Source: a virus | Taxonomy: Duplodnaviria; Caudoviricetes | IMG/VR virus record: IMGVR_UViG_3300018068_000002 | Span: 21,423-85,422 of that record | Direction: 5' to 3' (one strand) | Length of the DNA: 64,000 nt | Shown: one piece after another, positions 1 to 10,342 of the stretch | Layout of the letters: the number at the start of each line of letters is the position of its first letter | Position numbering within the stretch: the stretch's first letter is position 1 | Program-made: the position numbers and the translations under genes | Notes under the pieces: generated by a model | What the model saw: only the letters and a program-made list of their open reading frames with translations | Databases searched by the model: none | What the model was told of the DNA's origin: nothing

Positions 1-1261
1 GGATCACGATAATTTGATTATCTGGAGTAAGTGATAAATTAGTTGATGCCATTTTTATATATTTAGAACTATCTCCAAAATCAGAAGCATCATATTTTGC
101 TATATAAAAATCAAATGTACTAATACCATCGATAGAATATCCTTTAAATGTAAATATTAAGTTTTTAATATATTGATTATTTTTTAAAGAAGTTAATACT
201 TTAAATCTGGAATAAAGTACATTAATATCTCCACTTCCAGGATCAGTTAATGTCCAATAACTACCATTATTAGATGAAATAGCAGTATAATCGGCATCTG
301 TTGCAACAACATATGTATTTCTATCATCTGCAATTGTATAAGGAAATAGATCAGCATCACTTTGATATGCTATTGGATAAAGACCGGTTCCATCATTACT
401 ACTTGTAACTCCAACGAAATTTCTTGTATATGATTCAATAGTTAAAAATTCATAAATAAGTTCTTCTGATAATCCCCAAATACCAATCATTCCAGTTCCA
501 CCAAAAGAGATTCCAGAACTTGATATTCCACTACCACTTAATCCTTTTCTAAAACCACACATCTCATTTCCAGTTGACCAAGTACTATTTTCAAAATTTT
601 CTGTTGTTCCTAAAAAAGAAGAAGTTTCTCCTCCAAAACTAGTCGCTGAATTTATATTTCCAAGTCCTCCTAGATAACTTCTTGCAGCACTCATTGAATT
701 CCCATTAGTCCAAACAGAACCATTATATGTTTCAGTAACTGAAGAATTTGAAGTTGTATACCCTCCAAAACTTACTGATAAATCTTGAGTTCCACATCCA
801 GAAAGACCTGTTCTAGAAGTATTTAAAGAACCGAGGGTTGACCAAGATATTCCACTATATTCTTCAGTAACTCCAGAAACAGATCCAGTGCTTCCACCAA
901 AAGATAGCGCTGCAGAGCTAGTCCCACAACCACCTAAATCTCTCCTAGAAGTAGTCATAGACGTTAAATTTGTCCATGTTGTTCCATTGAATGATTCAGT
1001 AGTTCCAACATATGTTGATGTATATCCACCAAATGATATAGTTGCTGTTAAACTACCAGCTCCAGCTAAACCTCGTCTAGCTGTATTCATTGATACACTA
1101 GAAATCCAATTATATCCATTAAATTCTTGTGATGAAGATATTACTATAGAGTCATTATACCCTCCAAAAGCAATTGTTGCATCATGTGTCCCTACCCCTG
1201 CTAAATCTGTTGAGGAAGTAATTAAATTATTAGTTACTCTCCAAACTTTTTGTAAACTCAT
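1..1261 (-). CDS. Kelch-like beta-propeller tail-tip protein, partial (runs off the window start)
   Basis: ATG at 1261 after GGAGGG; reads MSLQKVWRVTNNLITSSTDLAGVGTHDATIAFGG, same repeat as the adjacent gene; absent from the ORF track because the stop is outside the window. Confidence 0.7.
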   Translation of the reverse strand, partial: MSLQKVWRVTNNLITSSTDLAGVGTHDATIAFGGYNDSIVISSSQEFNGYNWISSVSMNTARRGLAGAGSLTATISFGGYTSTYVGTTESFNGTTWTNLTSMTTSRRDLGGCGTSSAALSFGGSTGSVSGVTEEYSGISWSTLGSLNTSRTGLSGCGTQDLSVSFGGYTTSNSSVTETYNGSVWTNGNSMSAARSYLGGLGNINSATSFGGETSSFLGTTENFENSTWSTGNEMCGFRKGLSGSGISSSGISFGGTGMIGIWGLSEELIYEFLTIESYTRNFVGVTSSNDGTGLYPIAYQSDADLFPYTIADDRNTYVVATDADYTAISSNNGSYWTLTDPGSGDINVLYSRFKVLTSLKNNQYIKNLIFTFKGYSIDGISTFDFYIAKYDASDFGDSSKYIKMASTNLSLTPDNQIIVI

Positions 1262-1277
1262 TTAATTCCCTCCTTTT

Positions 1278-3974
1278 TTATTTTCTCCATCCATCAAGAT
1301 ATATTGGATAGTGAGTTGAAGAATAACTTTCTGTAAGCCCATTAGCATATCCATAATACCAACTTGTAGTATACCCACCATGAGATAACGCAGAAGAATC
1401 TGATTTTCCAACTCCAGTAGCCCAACTTCTTGCAACTATTCCAGATGGTCTAATAGACCAAGATGTACCATCATAAGATTCTGAAGAATTCATTGCACTT
1501 GAATAAGTTCCTGCTCCAGCATAAGCTAAAGTAGAAGATTGACTTCCACTTCCTCCTGGAGTTTTTCTTTGTATATTTAAATTTGAAGTGGAAGACCAAA
1601 TAGTATCATTAAATTCTAAAGCGGAGTTTAAAGCATCTTCACCTTCTCCACCATATGCCCCACCGTAGCAGAGCATAGCAGTAGAAGTTCCAGAACCACC
1701 CCAATATGCTATAGCTATTGTTAATGAAACTCCATTAGACCAAGTTCCACTATTATATAATTCTACAGAAGTTGAATCATCAGTATCGGTTCTTCCTCCA
1801 GCAACTATTCCAGCCGTTGTAGTTCCTGCCGCAGCAGAACCTTCTCTTGCTACACTCATCCCTGTTCCATTTGTCCATGAAGAACCATTATATGTTTCTG
1901 TTCCATTAGTCATCAAATCTGGATTCCATAAAAAACCACCCATTGCAACTGCCGCAGTTTGAGTTCCTAAAGATGTATGACGAACTCTTTGATAATTAGC
2001 ATAGACTCCATTAACCCAACCATAATAATTACCACCTACATATTCCATAGTTTGACCTTCGGTATAACCATTTTGCAACTGTCCAAAAAAATCAAAATAT
2101 GCTTGAGCGTATCCAGAAATATATAGACCTGCTTCTTCATTTCCACACATACTTCCTTCATCTCTTTTTATAGTTGGATGAAAAGCTACAACTGTCCAAG
2201 CATTTGAAATTGGAGAATATTCTAAGTCTCTATATCTATAAGCATTAGAAGTAATTATTGGATTAGATGCATTATAACCACCATAAACTGCACAACACCA
2301 CATATTCATTCCACCAAAAATTAATGTATCACTGATTGTCCCAGCAATTCCAACTCCCAAATTACAATACAATGGTTGAGGAGCACTATACCAATCACCA
2401 TTATAATATTTCAAAAATGCACTTTTATGACCTACTGGTTGAAGAACAGCTTCTCCAATATAGACAACACCTGAAGATCCACTTGATCCTGTCGCATGAA
2501 CACTATCTGCAAAATAACTAAATAGTAATCCACTAGTCCAAGTTGCCCCATTATAGTATTGACTCGCAGAACTACCAGTATTTGTTGAAGTAACTGAAAA
2601 AGTGTCTGATTGAGTTCCCATTCCTGTTGTTTGCGGAGAAACTGCTACTAAATTTCCACCAGATGACCAAGTTCCACTATTACATTCCAAAGTAGAACTT
2701 AAACTTCCAGTGCTATTTGTTCCCCCAAAAAATAATCCTGCTGATTCAGTCCCAGTGTAGCCATGTTTACATCTTTGTGTAGATGCTGAAATATAACTCC
2801 ATACAGTACCATTAAAAGAATATCCATAAGTGTAATAAATATCATATGATCCATCAAAAGAATAACCACCAAAACCAAATGCTGCTTGAGTTGTTCCTAC
2901 AACTCCTAATCTATCTAAAGAATTCAAATAGTTTCCAGAAACAGTCCAACTAGTATTATCCCAAATTTCAGTAATATTATAAAAAGTATCATAATCTTCA
3001 TTATGACTTCCTCCTACATATGCAGTAAAATCTCCAGATCTTCCACCACCAACTGCTAATGCAGAGGTAGCCGATCCTGCTCCAGCCAACCAAGATCTTG
3101 CCGTGTTGATACTTGTAGTTGTCTCCCAAGCTCCAAACTTATTTTCATCTGTAATTGCAACATCATATTTAAAAACAGCAGTAGAATAATTTCCACCAAT
3201 ACATAGTGCAAATGAAGTTCTTCCAGTACCGGATGCAGATTGTCTTATAGCATGGAGAATACCACCAGTATACCAATTAATTCCATTATATTCTTGAGTT
3301 AAAGATACCGTAGAAAAAATAGCTCTAATTTTTGGACCAAATACAACTCCAGATAAAGAAGAAGTACCAGCTCCACTTATATATAAAAGTTCTAAAATTA
3401 AATTTTCAATAGTACTCCAACTTGTTCCATTATAAGATTCAGCAACTGAAGTTGTTCCACTATTAGAACCAATAACTGCGTATCCTCCAGCAGAAACTGC
3501 GGAAGTTTGTGTACCAAATCCTGTTAAATTATATCTTGAAATATTTAAATTTCCTCCAGAAGTCCAAGTACTACCATCAAATTCTTCTGTTACACTTAAT
3601 GAACTTGCATTTCGACCTCCAAAGATAAGTCCAGCAGAAGAATTTCCACACCCCGCTAATGAATATTTTTGAGTAGATAAACTATTTAAAGTTGACCAAC
3701 TTGTACCATTATAGTAATATACTTCTTCTTCTTGTGAACTATAATAACCAGCACAAGACATTCCAGCATTTTGAGTCCCAAAAGATGCCATATTTTTTCT
3801 TGATGATGGCATATTTCCAGAGGTTGTCCAAATTTCATTATTAAACTCTTCCGTTACATTTGTAACAGAACCTGTAGTTCCTCCAAATGCAAGTGCAGCC
3901 GATGGAATTCCACAACTTCCTAGTTCTTGTCTTCCAGTGTTTAAACTAGTTGTAGTATGCCAAACTCTACTCAT
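1278..3974 (-). CDS. Kelch-like repeat (multi beta-propeller) tail-tip protein, putative receptor-binding protein
   Basis: 898 aa of 45-50 aa repeats W-x-L-x-x-x-R-x-x-LAGxGTxxxALxFGG; lies downstream of Dit. Confidence 0.7.
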   Translation of the reverse strand: MSRVWHTTTSLNTGRQELGSCGIPSAALAFGGTTGSVTNVTEEFNNEIWTTSGNMPSSRKNMASFGTQNAGMSCAGYYSSQEEEVYYYNGTSWSTLNSLSTQKYSLAGCGNSSAGLIFGGRNASSLSVTEEFDGSTWTSGGNLNISRYNLTGFGTQTSAVSAGGYAVIGSNSGTTSVAESYNGTSWSTIENLILELLYISGAGTSSLSGVVFGPKIRAIFSTVSLTQEYNGINWYTGGILHAIRQSASGTGRTSFALCIGGNYSTAVFKYDVAITDENKFGAWETTTSINTARSWLAGAGSATSALAVGGGRSGDFTAYVGGSHNEDYDTFYNITEIWDNTSWTVSGNYLNSLDRLGVVGTTQAAFGFGGYSFDGSYDIYYTYGYSFNGTVWSYISASTQRCKHGYTGTESAGLFFGGTNSTGSLSSTLECNSGTWSSGGNLVAVSPQTTGMGTQSDTFSVTSTNTGSSASQYYNGATWTSGLLFSYFADSVHATGSSGSSGVVYIGEAVLQPVGHKSAFLKYYNGDWYSAPQPLYCNLGVGIAGTISDTLIFGGMNMWCCAVYGGYNASNPIITSNAYRYRDLEYSPISNAWTVVAFHPTIKRDEGSMCGNEEAGLYISGYAQAYFDFFGQLQNGYTEGQTMEYVGGNYYGWVNGVYANYQRVRHTSLGTQTAAVAMGGFLWNPDLMTNGTETYNGSSWTNGTGMSVAREGSAAAGTTTAGIVAGGRTDTDDSTSVELYNSGTWSNGVSLTIAIAYWGGSGTSTAMLCYGGAYGGEGEDALNSALEFNDTIWSSTSNLNIQRKTPGGSGSQSSTLAYAGAGTYSSAMNSSESYDGTSWSIRPSGIVARSWATGVGKSDSSALSHGGYTTSWYYGYANGLTESYSSTHYPIYLDGWRK

Positions 3975-4004
3975 TAATTACCATCTCCTTTCTTCGATTA
4001 TTTA

Positions 4005-5060
4005 TTACCAATATTTATATTTATATTTTATTGTAGTATTATTAAGAGCAATATTAGTATTTAAAGTATTGTTTCCTGGGTATGCTTTTAAAAAGAAACC
4101 ATTATGAAGGGCTCCAAGATAATATACTGCTGTATAAGAGTCTGTATTAGTATATCCAATAACTGAACCAGTTTTAGGAGTACAAACAATTTTCCAAGGT
4201 CCGGCATCAGAACTTAAAGTAGATATATTTTTTAATGATTCTATTTGAAAAAATTCTACTGGACTAACACTTGTATTTTTTAATTGCCAAGTATTTCCAA
4301 CATTAAAAGCATTCAAATATATAGTAAACTCAATTAAAGATTCAATATCTCCAGCATTGTTAAAATTTTTTGGTAAATCTCCAATATTGATTGTACTTGC
4401 ATTAACATATCCATTAGTACTATTAGCATACGCTAAATTATCTGGATCTGGAGTATTATCTTCTAATCCACTTTCTCCATACCACCCAGGCAAATGAGTA
4501 GAATCATAAAATTTTATTGTATTAGTTGGATAATTAGAATATGTTGTAAAAACACTCCCATTCCAAATAGGAACATCATTTATAATAGCATAATCACTAT
4601 ATGCATAAGGATCTGTAGCTAAAAATTCAACTTCTATTGATCCTTTAAAAACATGTTGCAGTCCATTAGTAACAGATACCTCAAAAGGAATAAATGAAAA
4701 ACTAGGATTAGAATCGACTTTAACATAATAATATTTATAAGGAGATTCATCAAATATTAATTTTCCAGTTTCTTTTGGAGACAACCATTGGGTTATTGAT
4801 TTTTTATTTGCACTTGTCATATTATCAAAAACTATAGTAATTGAAAAAGTTCTAGGTTTTATTTTTACTCCAAAATAATAAGCACCATCTTTTCCAGATA
4901 CTTCAGCAGTTTTATTTTCAAAATTAGAAAATAACATTTGTTGACTCATTCCATCGGACACTGCAGTGAGTCCATACTCACTGCAATGGTGTCCGTTGAA
5001 ACTAAAACCAACAAACTCATAGTCTTTTATTCCTGTAAAAGAATCTAAATTTGTTGACAT
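4005..5060 (-). CDS. distal tail protein (Dit)-like
   Basis: Follows the tape measure gene; motifs GFSFNG, EVSGKDGAYYFG, GKLIFDESPYKYY, FLATDPYAYS typical of Bacillota siphophage Dit. Confidence 0.8.
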   Translation of the reverse strand: MSTNLDSFTGIKDYEFVGFSFNGHHCSEYGLTAVSDGMSQQMLFSNFENKTAEVSGKDGAYYFGVKIKPRTFSITIVFDNMTSANKKSITQWLSPKETGKLIFDESPYKYYYVKVDSNPSFSFIPFEVSVTNGLQHVFKGSIEVEFLATDPYAYSDYAIINDVPIWNGSVFTTYSNYPTNTIKFYDSTHLPGWYGESGLEDNTPDPDNLAYANSTNGYVNASTINIGDLPKNFNNAGDIESLIEFTIYLNAFNVGNTWQLKNTSVSPVEFFQIESLKNISTLSSDAGPWKIVCTPKTGSVIGYTNTDSYTAVYYLGALHNGFFLKAYPGNNTLNTNIALNNTTIKYKYKYW

Positions 5061-5071
5061 TTATTTACCTC

Positions 5072-8000
5072 CTATCTAACTCTTTGTACTGGAGTTGTCA
5101 TTCTATTTTGATAAGCATTAAGAATTTCTTTACGAACCAATTTTGCAATCTCATCAGGAGAAGCATTTGTTTCGTTTTCAAGATTAACTATAACATCTCC
5201 AATTGTTATACTATTGTTATTATTAACTATTGGAGTTTTATTTATAGTGTTAACTCCATTATTTTCAAGAGTATCTCTCAATTTTGCAATTAATTCTGTT
5301 TGTTTAGCATTAAGGAATGCTTCTGGGTCTTGTAAAGTACCATGAACAGCAGCCGCACCAGTATAATCTACAACACCACCCTCTTTATATTGGTTTAATT
5401 TTTCCCAAGTAAGAGGACCAACTTTTCCATCTACTTGTAATCCATTAGCAGTTTGGAATGCTCTTACGGCACTATAGGTTTCAGAACCAAACTTACCATC
5501 TGCTCCATATCTTGGCAATGCATCAGCATTCCAAGAAAGTATTTTTTGTTGAATGTATTTAACCCAATCTCCAGCCGATCCAGTTGTAAAAATTTGTCCT
5601 GGATATGCTTTATCAGGAATTTCACTTCCTCCTCCAGTATCTGATCCGTCATCTTCATCATCAATAGGAGAATAATCTTCATCACTTGTTCCCGCTTTAA
5701 TAGCTGCAGCAATAGCATAACCAATAGCATTAGCTACACTAGTTGTTGAATTTTTACTTAAACTTACTCCTTCTTGATATAATTTTGAAATATATTTAGC
5801 ATCATCTTGAATAGTTCTTAATTGTTCAGATTTTGCTAATGGATCAAGTTTTTGGAATCCTTCGGTTCCAGTAAGTACAGCATTAATTTTATCTGGGCCT
5901 TCTTTTATGGTTTGATCAACCATAGACCAATAATATCCACTGTCTTCACGCAATCTCATTTGTTCTTGTAATAATTGTAATTCAATATCTCTTTGTTCTT
6001 GTTGCAATTCATATTGTTTTTGAAGAGTTTCATATTGGCGATCAATTTGTTTATCTCTAAGATCTTGTTGATCTTCCGCGATTTCAGTTTGAAGGTCGGC
6101 AACTCTTTCTGCGTATCTTCCAGAAGTATCTCTTTGTAAAGTAGATAATTGACGTTGTTTTTTCAAAAGATCTTGTTCATCTTGAGATTGTTCTCTCATT
6201 TCTCTTTCTTTATCAATTGCATCTTTAATAGCAGAAAGATAATCATCTTCCATTTCTTTTAACTTATCAAACTTATCTTCTGTTGCTTGAATTTCTTGCT
6301 CATCCATTTCTCTAAAAGCATCATAAAGTTGTTGACGAACATTTATTGCTCTATCAACCATTTCTTTACGCATAGATTCTCTTTCTTCTTCTAAATCAAC
6401 AATTGTTTTAAGAGACTCTTGAATTCCATTGTAAACTTCTTGATATTTTTCTAGAAAATCAACTGTCTTATCATATTGTTCTTGACTAATTCTCCCACTT
6501 AAAAGAGCCACAGAAAGTGCAGCCTGTCTAACTTTCAAAATTCCATTTTCAAGGAATAAAAATCCATTATAAAGTGGAACTTGATTTTGCATAGTTCTTA
6601 ATTCATTTTGTCTTAGATTAATCAATCCTTTTTGATAACCAATTAATTCATTCATTTTTTTAGCTTTTTCTTTAATTAATTTAAGATCCTCTTTCGCGTC
6701 AGTTGAATTAAGTCCCATCTGAGCTTCAATTAAACTAATTTCACTTTGAAGTCTTTCTATTTTTCGAAGAGTATTATAAAATTTTTCAAGAGAATCATTA
6801 AGTTCTTCTACTTTATCAGAACCATCTTTAGATTTTCCAGATACTTCAGAAAGGAATGATTCTACAGGCATTTTTAACGTACTTAAAGTTGCTGCTAATC
6901 CCTTTTTATCATTCTCTAAAATATTCCACAAATCTTTCGCTTGATCAACTAAAGTTTTTGAAGTAACTCCGCGATCATCAAGATATTCTTGCCACCAGTC
7001 AGTAGATTGAGTAACTACTTCTTTAATTTCTAAATTTTGAGTTTTTAAATCTACTCCTTTAGTTTTTACAGTAGTAGCATCTCCAACATCTTCACCTTGC
7101 ATAGCTAAAGTTCTTTTTCTGAAAGCCTCTATTTGAGATTGAATTCTCTTTATAGAGTTCTGATAAGCATTATCTTCAGCTTCATCAGTTTGTTGTATTG
7201 CTTTTTCATAAACCTTAAGAGCATCTAGTTTACCAGTTTGAGCCAACTCATTAGCGTCTGTAGTCTCTTGTAAATCTTGAATTGTTTGTCTTGCAAGATT
7301 TTTATTAGCTTCTTCTTCTCCCACTTTGCTATTAATAATAGCTTTTAAAGAAGATTGAGCAGCAGTAATTTTTGCTATTCTCTCATTAATTAAAGTTTTA
7401 ACATTTTCAATTCTATGTTTTGCTTCTTGAATTAATAATGCAGAACTTAGTTTAAGTTGATCATTTTGAACAGTTAAAAATTGTAAATAATCAGGATTTT
7501 CAGCAATTGCAGTTATAATATCCAGTTGAGTCATTGTTCCTTCATTAATTTGTGTGTATAATCCACCCAAATCTTTTAATGAAGAAGCCAATGCAGAAAT
7601 ACTATTAATGGCACTAGTTGTTTCAAGATAATTTTTTCTAGCTTTTTCGGCATCAGTTAACTTTAAAGCGTCATCTAACATTCTTTCCATAAATTTATTT
7701 TGTTGAATTAACTCATCACTCGATGTAACTAAAACTTTCGCTCTTTCTACTTCTACCGCAGTAACATTATCACCTTTTATGGCAATATCTTCAAGTTCAT
7801 TTTTATTATTTAATAATGCATCATTAATTTCTTCCATTTCTTGTTGGAGTTCAATAACAAAAGCACTTACTCTTTTTTGTCTTTCTTCTTCAACAGCGTT
7901 ACCTGTTAATGTATAAAGATCATTATCAATTCTTTGTAATCCATTAAATCCAAAAGTTTTAGTTTGTTCTAAAGCAGCTCCACTTGTAAAACCAGCAATT

Positions 8001-10342
8001 GCTTTTTTAATTTCTTCATCGAGTTTCTTTAATTCATCATATGCTTTTTTTGCAGCATCAACAAATGCTTGAACTCCTTTCATTTCTCTGGAAATCATTT
8101 CTTTTGCGACTTCCCAAGCAGTGTCTAAACTATATTGTTCTTCAACTAATTTATCTACTAATTTTTGTTGTAATGCTTGAATTTGAACTGGGTCACTCAT
8201 ATTTGTACTGTTAAGCATAGTATTAAATTCATTCGCAAATTCAGCATTTTCTGCAAATACTTTTTTTACCATTGGAATATAATATGATTTTAATTGATCA
8301 CTGGCATTATCATAAGTCTTAATAAAAAATTCGTTAAGAGATACAGGAAGTTCATTAAAAATAGAATTATATTGGTCATAAAAACCACCTAAAAATTCTT
8401 TTAATTGATCTGTATAAACTGTTGGATCAAACAATGAATTCTTTAAAAAATCTGCTTGAGGAGTTCCTTCAATTAATCCTGCAGCTTTAACCATTTCAAT
8501 TTGTGCTGCTTGAATATCATTAAAACTTCCAGTCTTTATTTCTTCAAGCACTTTATTTCTATCTTTTATATATTTTTTCCCACCTTTTCTTTCGGCTTCC
8601 ACCAAGGCATCATAATAAAGAGTAGCATTTTTAGCACCATCATCCCCCATCTTTTCAACAATCTCTTTATCAGAATAAATTCTTTTTCCAGAATCGTCAA
8701 CTTCGTCTTTTAAATTTTCAAATTCTTGAATGACATAAGCTCCAATTGAAGACATTTGACTTTGAGTTTCAGTAGTAAATGCATCTGAATCAATAAATAA
8801 TGCTTCTGACATTTTTGTATTTATAAGTTTATTAACTAATGAAAGTCGCGCAGCAGCCTCATCACTTACCTTTTTAGCACCAAAAATATCATATTTCCCC
8901 ATTGCATCACTTGCATTCTTTTCTAAAGTTTCTCCAAAATTAGCATATATACCCTTATATTCAACTGAATCATCTCCAAGCATTTGTTGAACAAATTTAT
9001 TTCTATAAAATACAATATCTTCTTTTGTTAATCCACCAGTAGCAATTTTTTGTTTATCCCCTTCACCTAATCCTTCGAGAAAATTAAATCCAGATTGAAT
9101 ATCAAATCCCATTTCAGTTGAAATGGAATTTAAATCTTGTAAAAGATCATCTTGAATACTTGGAATTTTTCTAATTTCTTTTAGAATTTCTTCATAACTT
9201 AATTTATTATTAGAAACAGCTTTTGCCATTTTTTCAAGTGCTTCTTCCATAGTTATTTGACCGTCTTCAACTTCTGAAACTGCTTGATCAAATTGTCCTT
9301 GAATAGATAATGGATCAAAACCCTTTTGAATTCCATAACTCATTAATTGTTGTCTAATTGATTCAGATCCTGCTCTAGCTTGTTCTAAATATTTTTTACC
9401 TTCTTCAGTTAGATTTTCTTCATCAGTCCAACCAGCTTCTTTAACTAATACATTTCTATCTGCATATGCTTTTTCAGCATCTTGTTTTGCCAATGCAAGT
9501 TTTCCAGCAAGTTCTTTTTTCATTGCATCTATATTTCTTAATCTTGCATTTCCTTCTTCATCTATTCCTATGACTAAATCAGGATTAATATCTGCAAGTT
9601 CTTTTGTTACTGCTAATAATTCTTCTTTTTCAGAATCTTGCAATGATATTTTACTAGTTAATTCTTCATATCTATTTATAAGATTTTGTAATGTTGAAGC
9701 CTCTCTTGAACTTGTATCTGCAATAGCTAAACTTGCTTTATAGTTATCATAAATAGCTTGTTTATGTTTTTTCCATGCACTAATAGAAGCTATTAAAACA
9801 ACAGCTAAAACTGCAAATGCTCCTAAAGTTAATGCTACTGCCGCATTATAAGCATGCATTGCTGCAGTTGCAGTCATGGTAGCGGCTGTTTCAGCATTTC
9901 TAAAGAAAATCATTTTTGCAATTGTTGCAAAAATTCTTGGACCAAGAGATAAAGTTTTTGAATCTAAAAATATTGATTTTGCTTTTACTGCATTTTGCAT
10001 TTCAATAGCAATAGTTTCAGCTTGGATTGCTGTAGTTGCTACTAAATATTTTGCAATCATTGCTGCTGATGTTATAGTTAAAGCAGACATAACTGGACCC
10101 AAAGCAGTAAATTTATCTACTAACCCACTAATTGAATCATAAACAGTTTTAATGGCTTCACTAGATGTTAATTTAACATAAAATGCTTCAAAACTATTTT
10201 GCATTTTTTTATTAGCTGCTTCAACACTTTTAGTATAAATTTCATATTGTGCATTTGCTTCCCCAGCACTATTGGTTGATGTTCTAATAAGTTGAAGAGT
10301 TCTATCATAATCATTCATAATAGCCATAAAACGAGATTGTTG
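5072..10342 (-). CDS. tape measure protein, exon 3 (C-terminal peptidoglycan-binding domain)
   Basis: Long helical ORF starting QQSRFMAIM; near the C-terminus WVKYIQQKIL...GADGKFGSETYSAVRAFQTANGLQVDGKVGPLTW (PG_binding_1-like). Confidence 0.88.
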   Translation of the reverse strand, partial: QQSRFMAIMNDYDRTLQLIRTSTNSAGEANAQYEIYTKSVEAANKKMQNSFEAFYVKLTSSEAIKTVYDSISGLVDKFTALGPVMSALTITSAAMIAKYLVATTAIQAETIAIEMQNAVKAKSIFLDSKTLSLGPRIFATIAKMIFFRNAETAATMTATAAMHAYNAAVALTLGAFAVLAVVLIASISAWKKHKQAIYDNYKASLAIADTSSREASTLQNLINRYEELTSKISLQDSEKEELLAVTKELADINPDLVIGIDEEGNARLRNIDAMKKELAGKLALAKQDAEKAYADRNVLVKEAGWTDEENLTEEGKKYLEQARAGSESIRQQLMSYGIQKGFDPLSIQGQFDQAVSEVEDGQITMEEALEKMAKAVSNNKLSYEEILKEIRKIPSIQDDLLQDLNSISTEMGFDIQSGFNFLEGLGEGDKQKIATGGLTKEDIVFYRNKFVQQMLGDDSVEYKGIYANFGETLEKNASDAMGKYDIFGAKKVSDEAAARLSLVNKLINTKMSEALFIDSDAFTTETQSQMSSIGAYVIQEFENLKDEVDDSGKRIYSDKEIVEKMGDDGAKNATLYYDALVEAERKGGKKYIKDRNKVLEEIKTGSFNDIQAAQIEMVKAAGLIEGTPQADFLKNSLFDPTVYTDQLKEFLGGFYDQYNSIFNELPVSLNEFFIKTYDNASDQLKSYYIPMVKKVFAENAEFANEFNTMLNSTNMSDPVQIQALQQKLVDKLVEEQYSLDTAWEVAKEMISREMKGVQAFVDAAKKAYDELKKLDEEIKKAIAGFTSGAALEQTKTFGFNGLQRIDNDLYTLTGNAVEEERQKRVSAFVIELQQEMEEINDALLNNKNELEDIAIKGDNVTAVEVERAKVLVTSSDELIQQNKFMERMLDDALKLTDAEKARKNYLETTSAINSISALASSLKDLGGLYTQINEGTMTQLDIITAIAENPDYLQFLTVQNDQLKLSSALLIQEAKHRIENVKTLINERIAKITAAQSSLKAIINSKVGEEEANKNLARQTIQDLQETTDANELAQTGKLDALKVYEKAIQQTDEAEDNAYQNSIKRIQSQIEAFRKRTLAMQGEDVGDATTVKTKGVDLKTQNLEIKEVVTQSTDWWQEYLDDRGVTSKTLVDQAKDLWNILENDKKGLAATLSTLKMPVESFLSEVSGKSKDGSDKVEELNDSLEKFYNTLRKIERLQSEISLIEAQMGLNSTDAKEDLKLIKEKAKKMNELIGYQKGLINLRQNELRTMQNQVPLYNGFLFLENGILKVRQAALSVALLSGRISQEQYDKTVDFLEKYQEVYNGIQESLKTIVDLEEERESMRKEMVDRAINVRQQLYDAFREMDEQEIQATEDKFDKLKEMEDDYLSAIKDAIDKEREMREQSQDEQDLLKKQRQLSTLQRDTSGRYAERVADLQTEIAEDQQDLRDKQIDRQYETLQKQYELQQEQRDIELQLLQEQMRLREDSGYYWSMVDQTIKEGPDKINAVLTGTEGFQKLDPLAKSEQLRTIQDDAKYISKLYQEGVSLSKNSTTSVANAIGYAIAAAIKAGTSDEDYSPIDDEDDGSDTGGGSEIPDKAYPGQIFTTGSAGDWVKYIQQKILSWNADALPRYGADGKFGSETYSAVRAFQTANGLQVDGKVGPLTWEKLNQYKEGGVVDYTGAAAVHGTLQDPEAFLNAKQTELIAKLRDTLENNGVNTINKTPIVNNNNSITIGDVIVNLENETNASPDEIAKLVRKEILNAYQNRMTTPVQRVR

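Noticed and set aside
1278-3974. Diversity-generating retroelement target
   Set aside because: No reverse transcriptase and no template/variable repeat pair differing at adenines seen in the window.
888-10142. Plus-strand ORFs (888, 2336, 5051, 5453, 8501, 9876) and similar short ORFs opposite structural genes
   Set aside because: Antisense shadows of long genes, with no RBS or family motifs.
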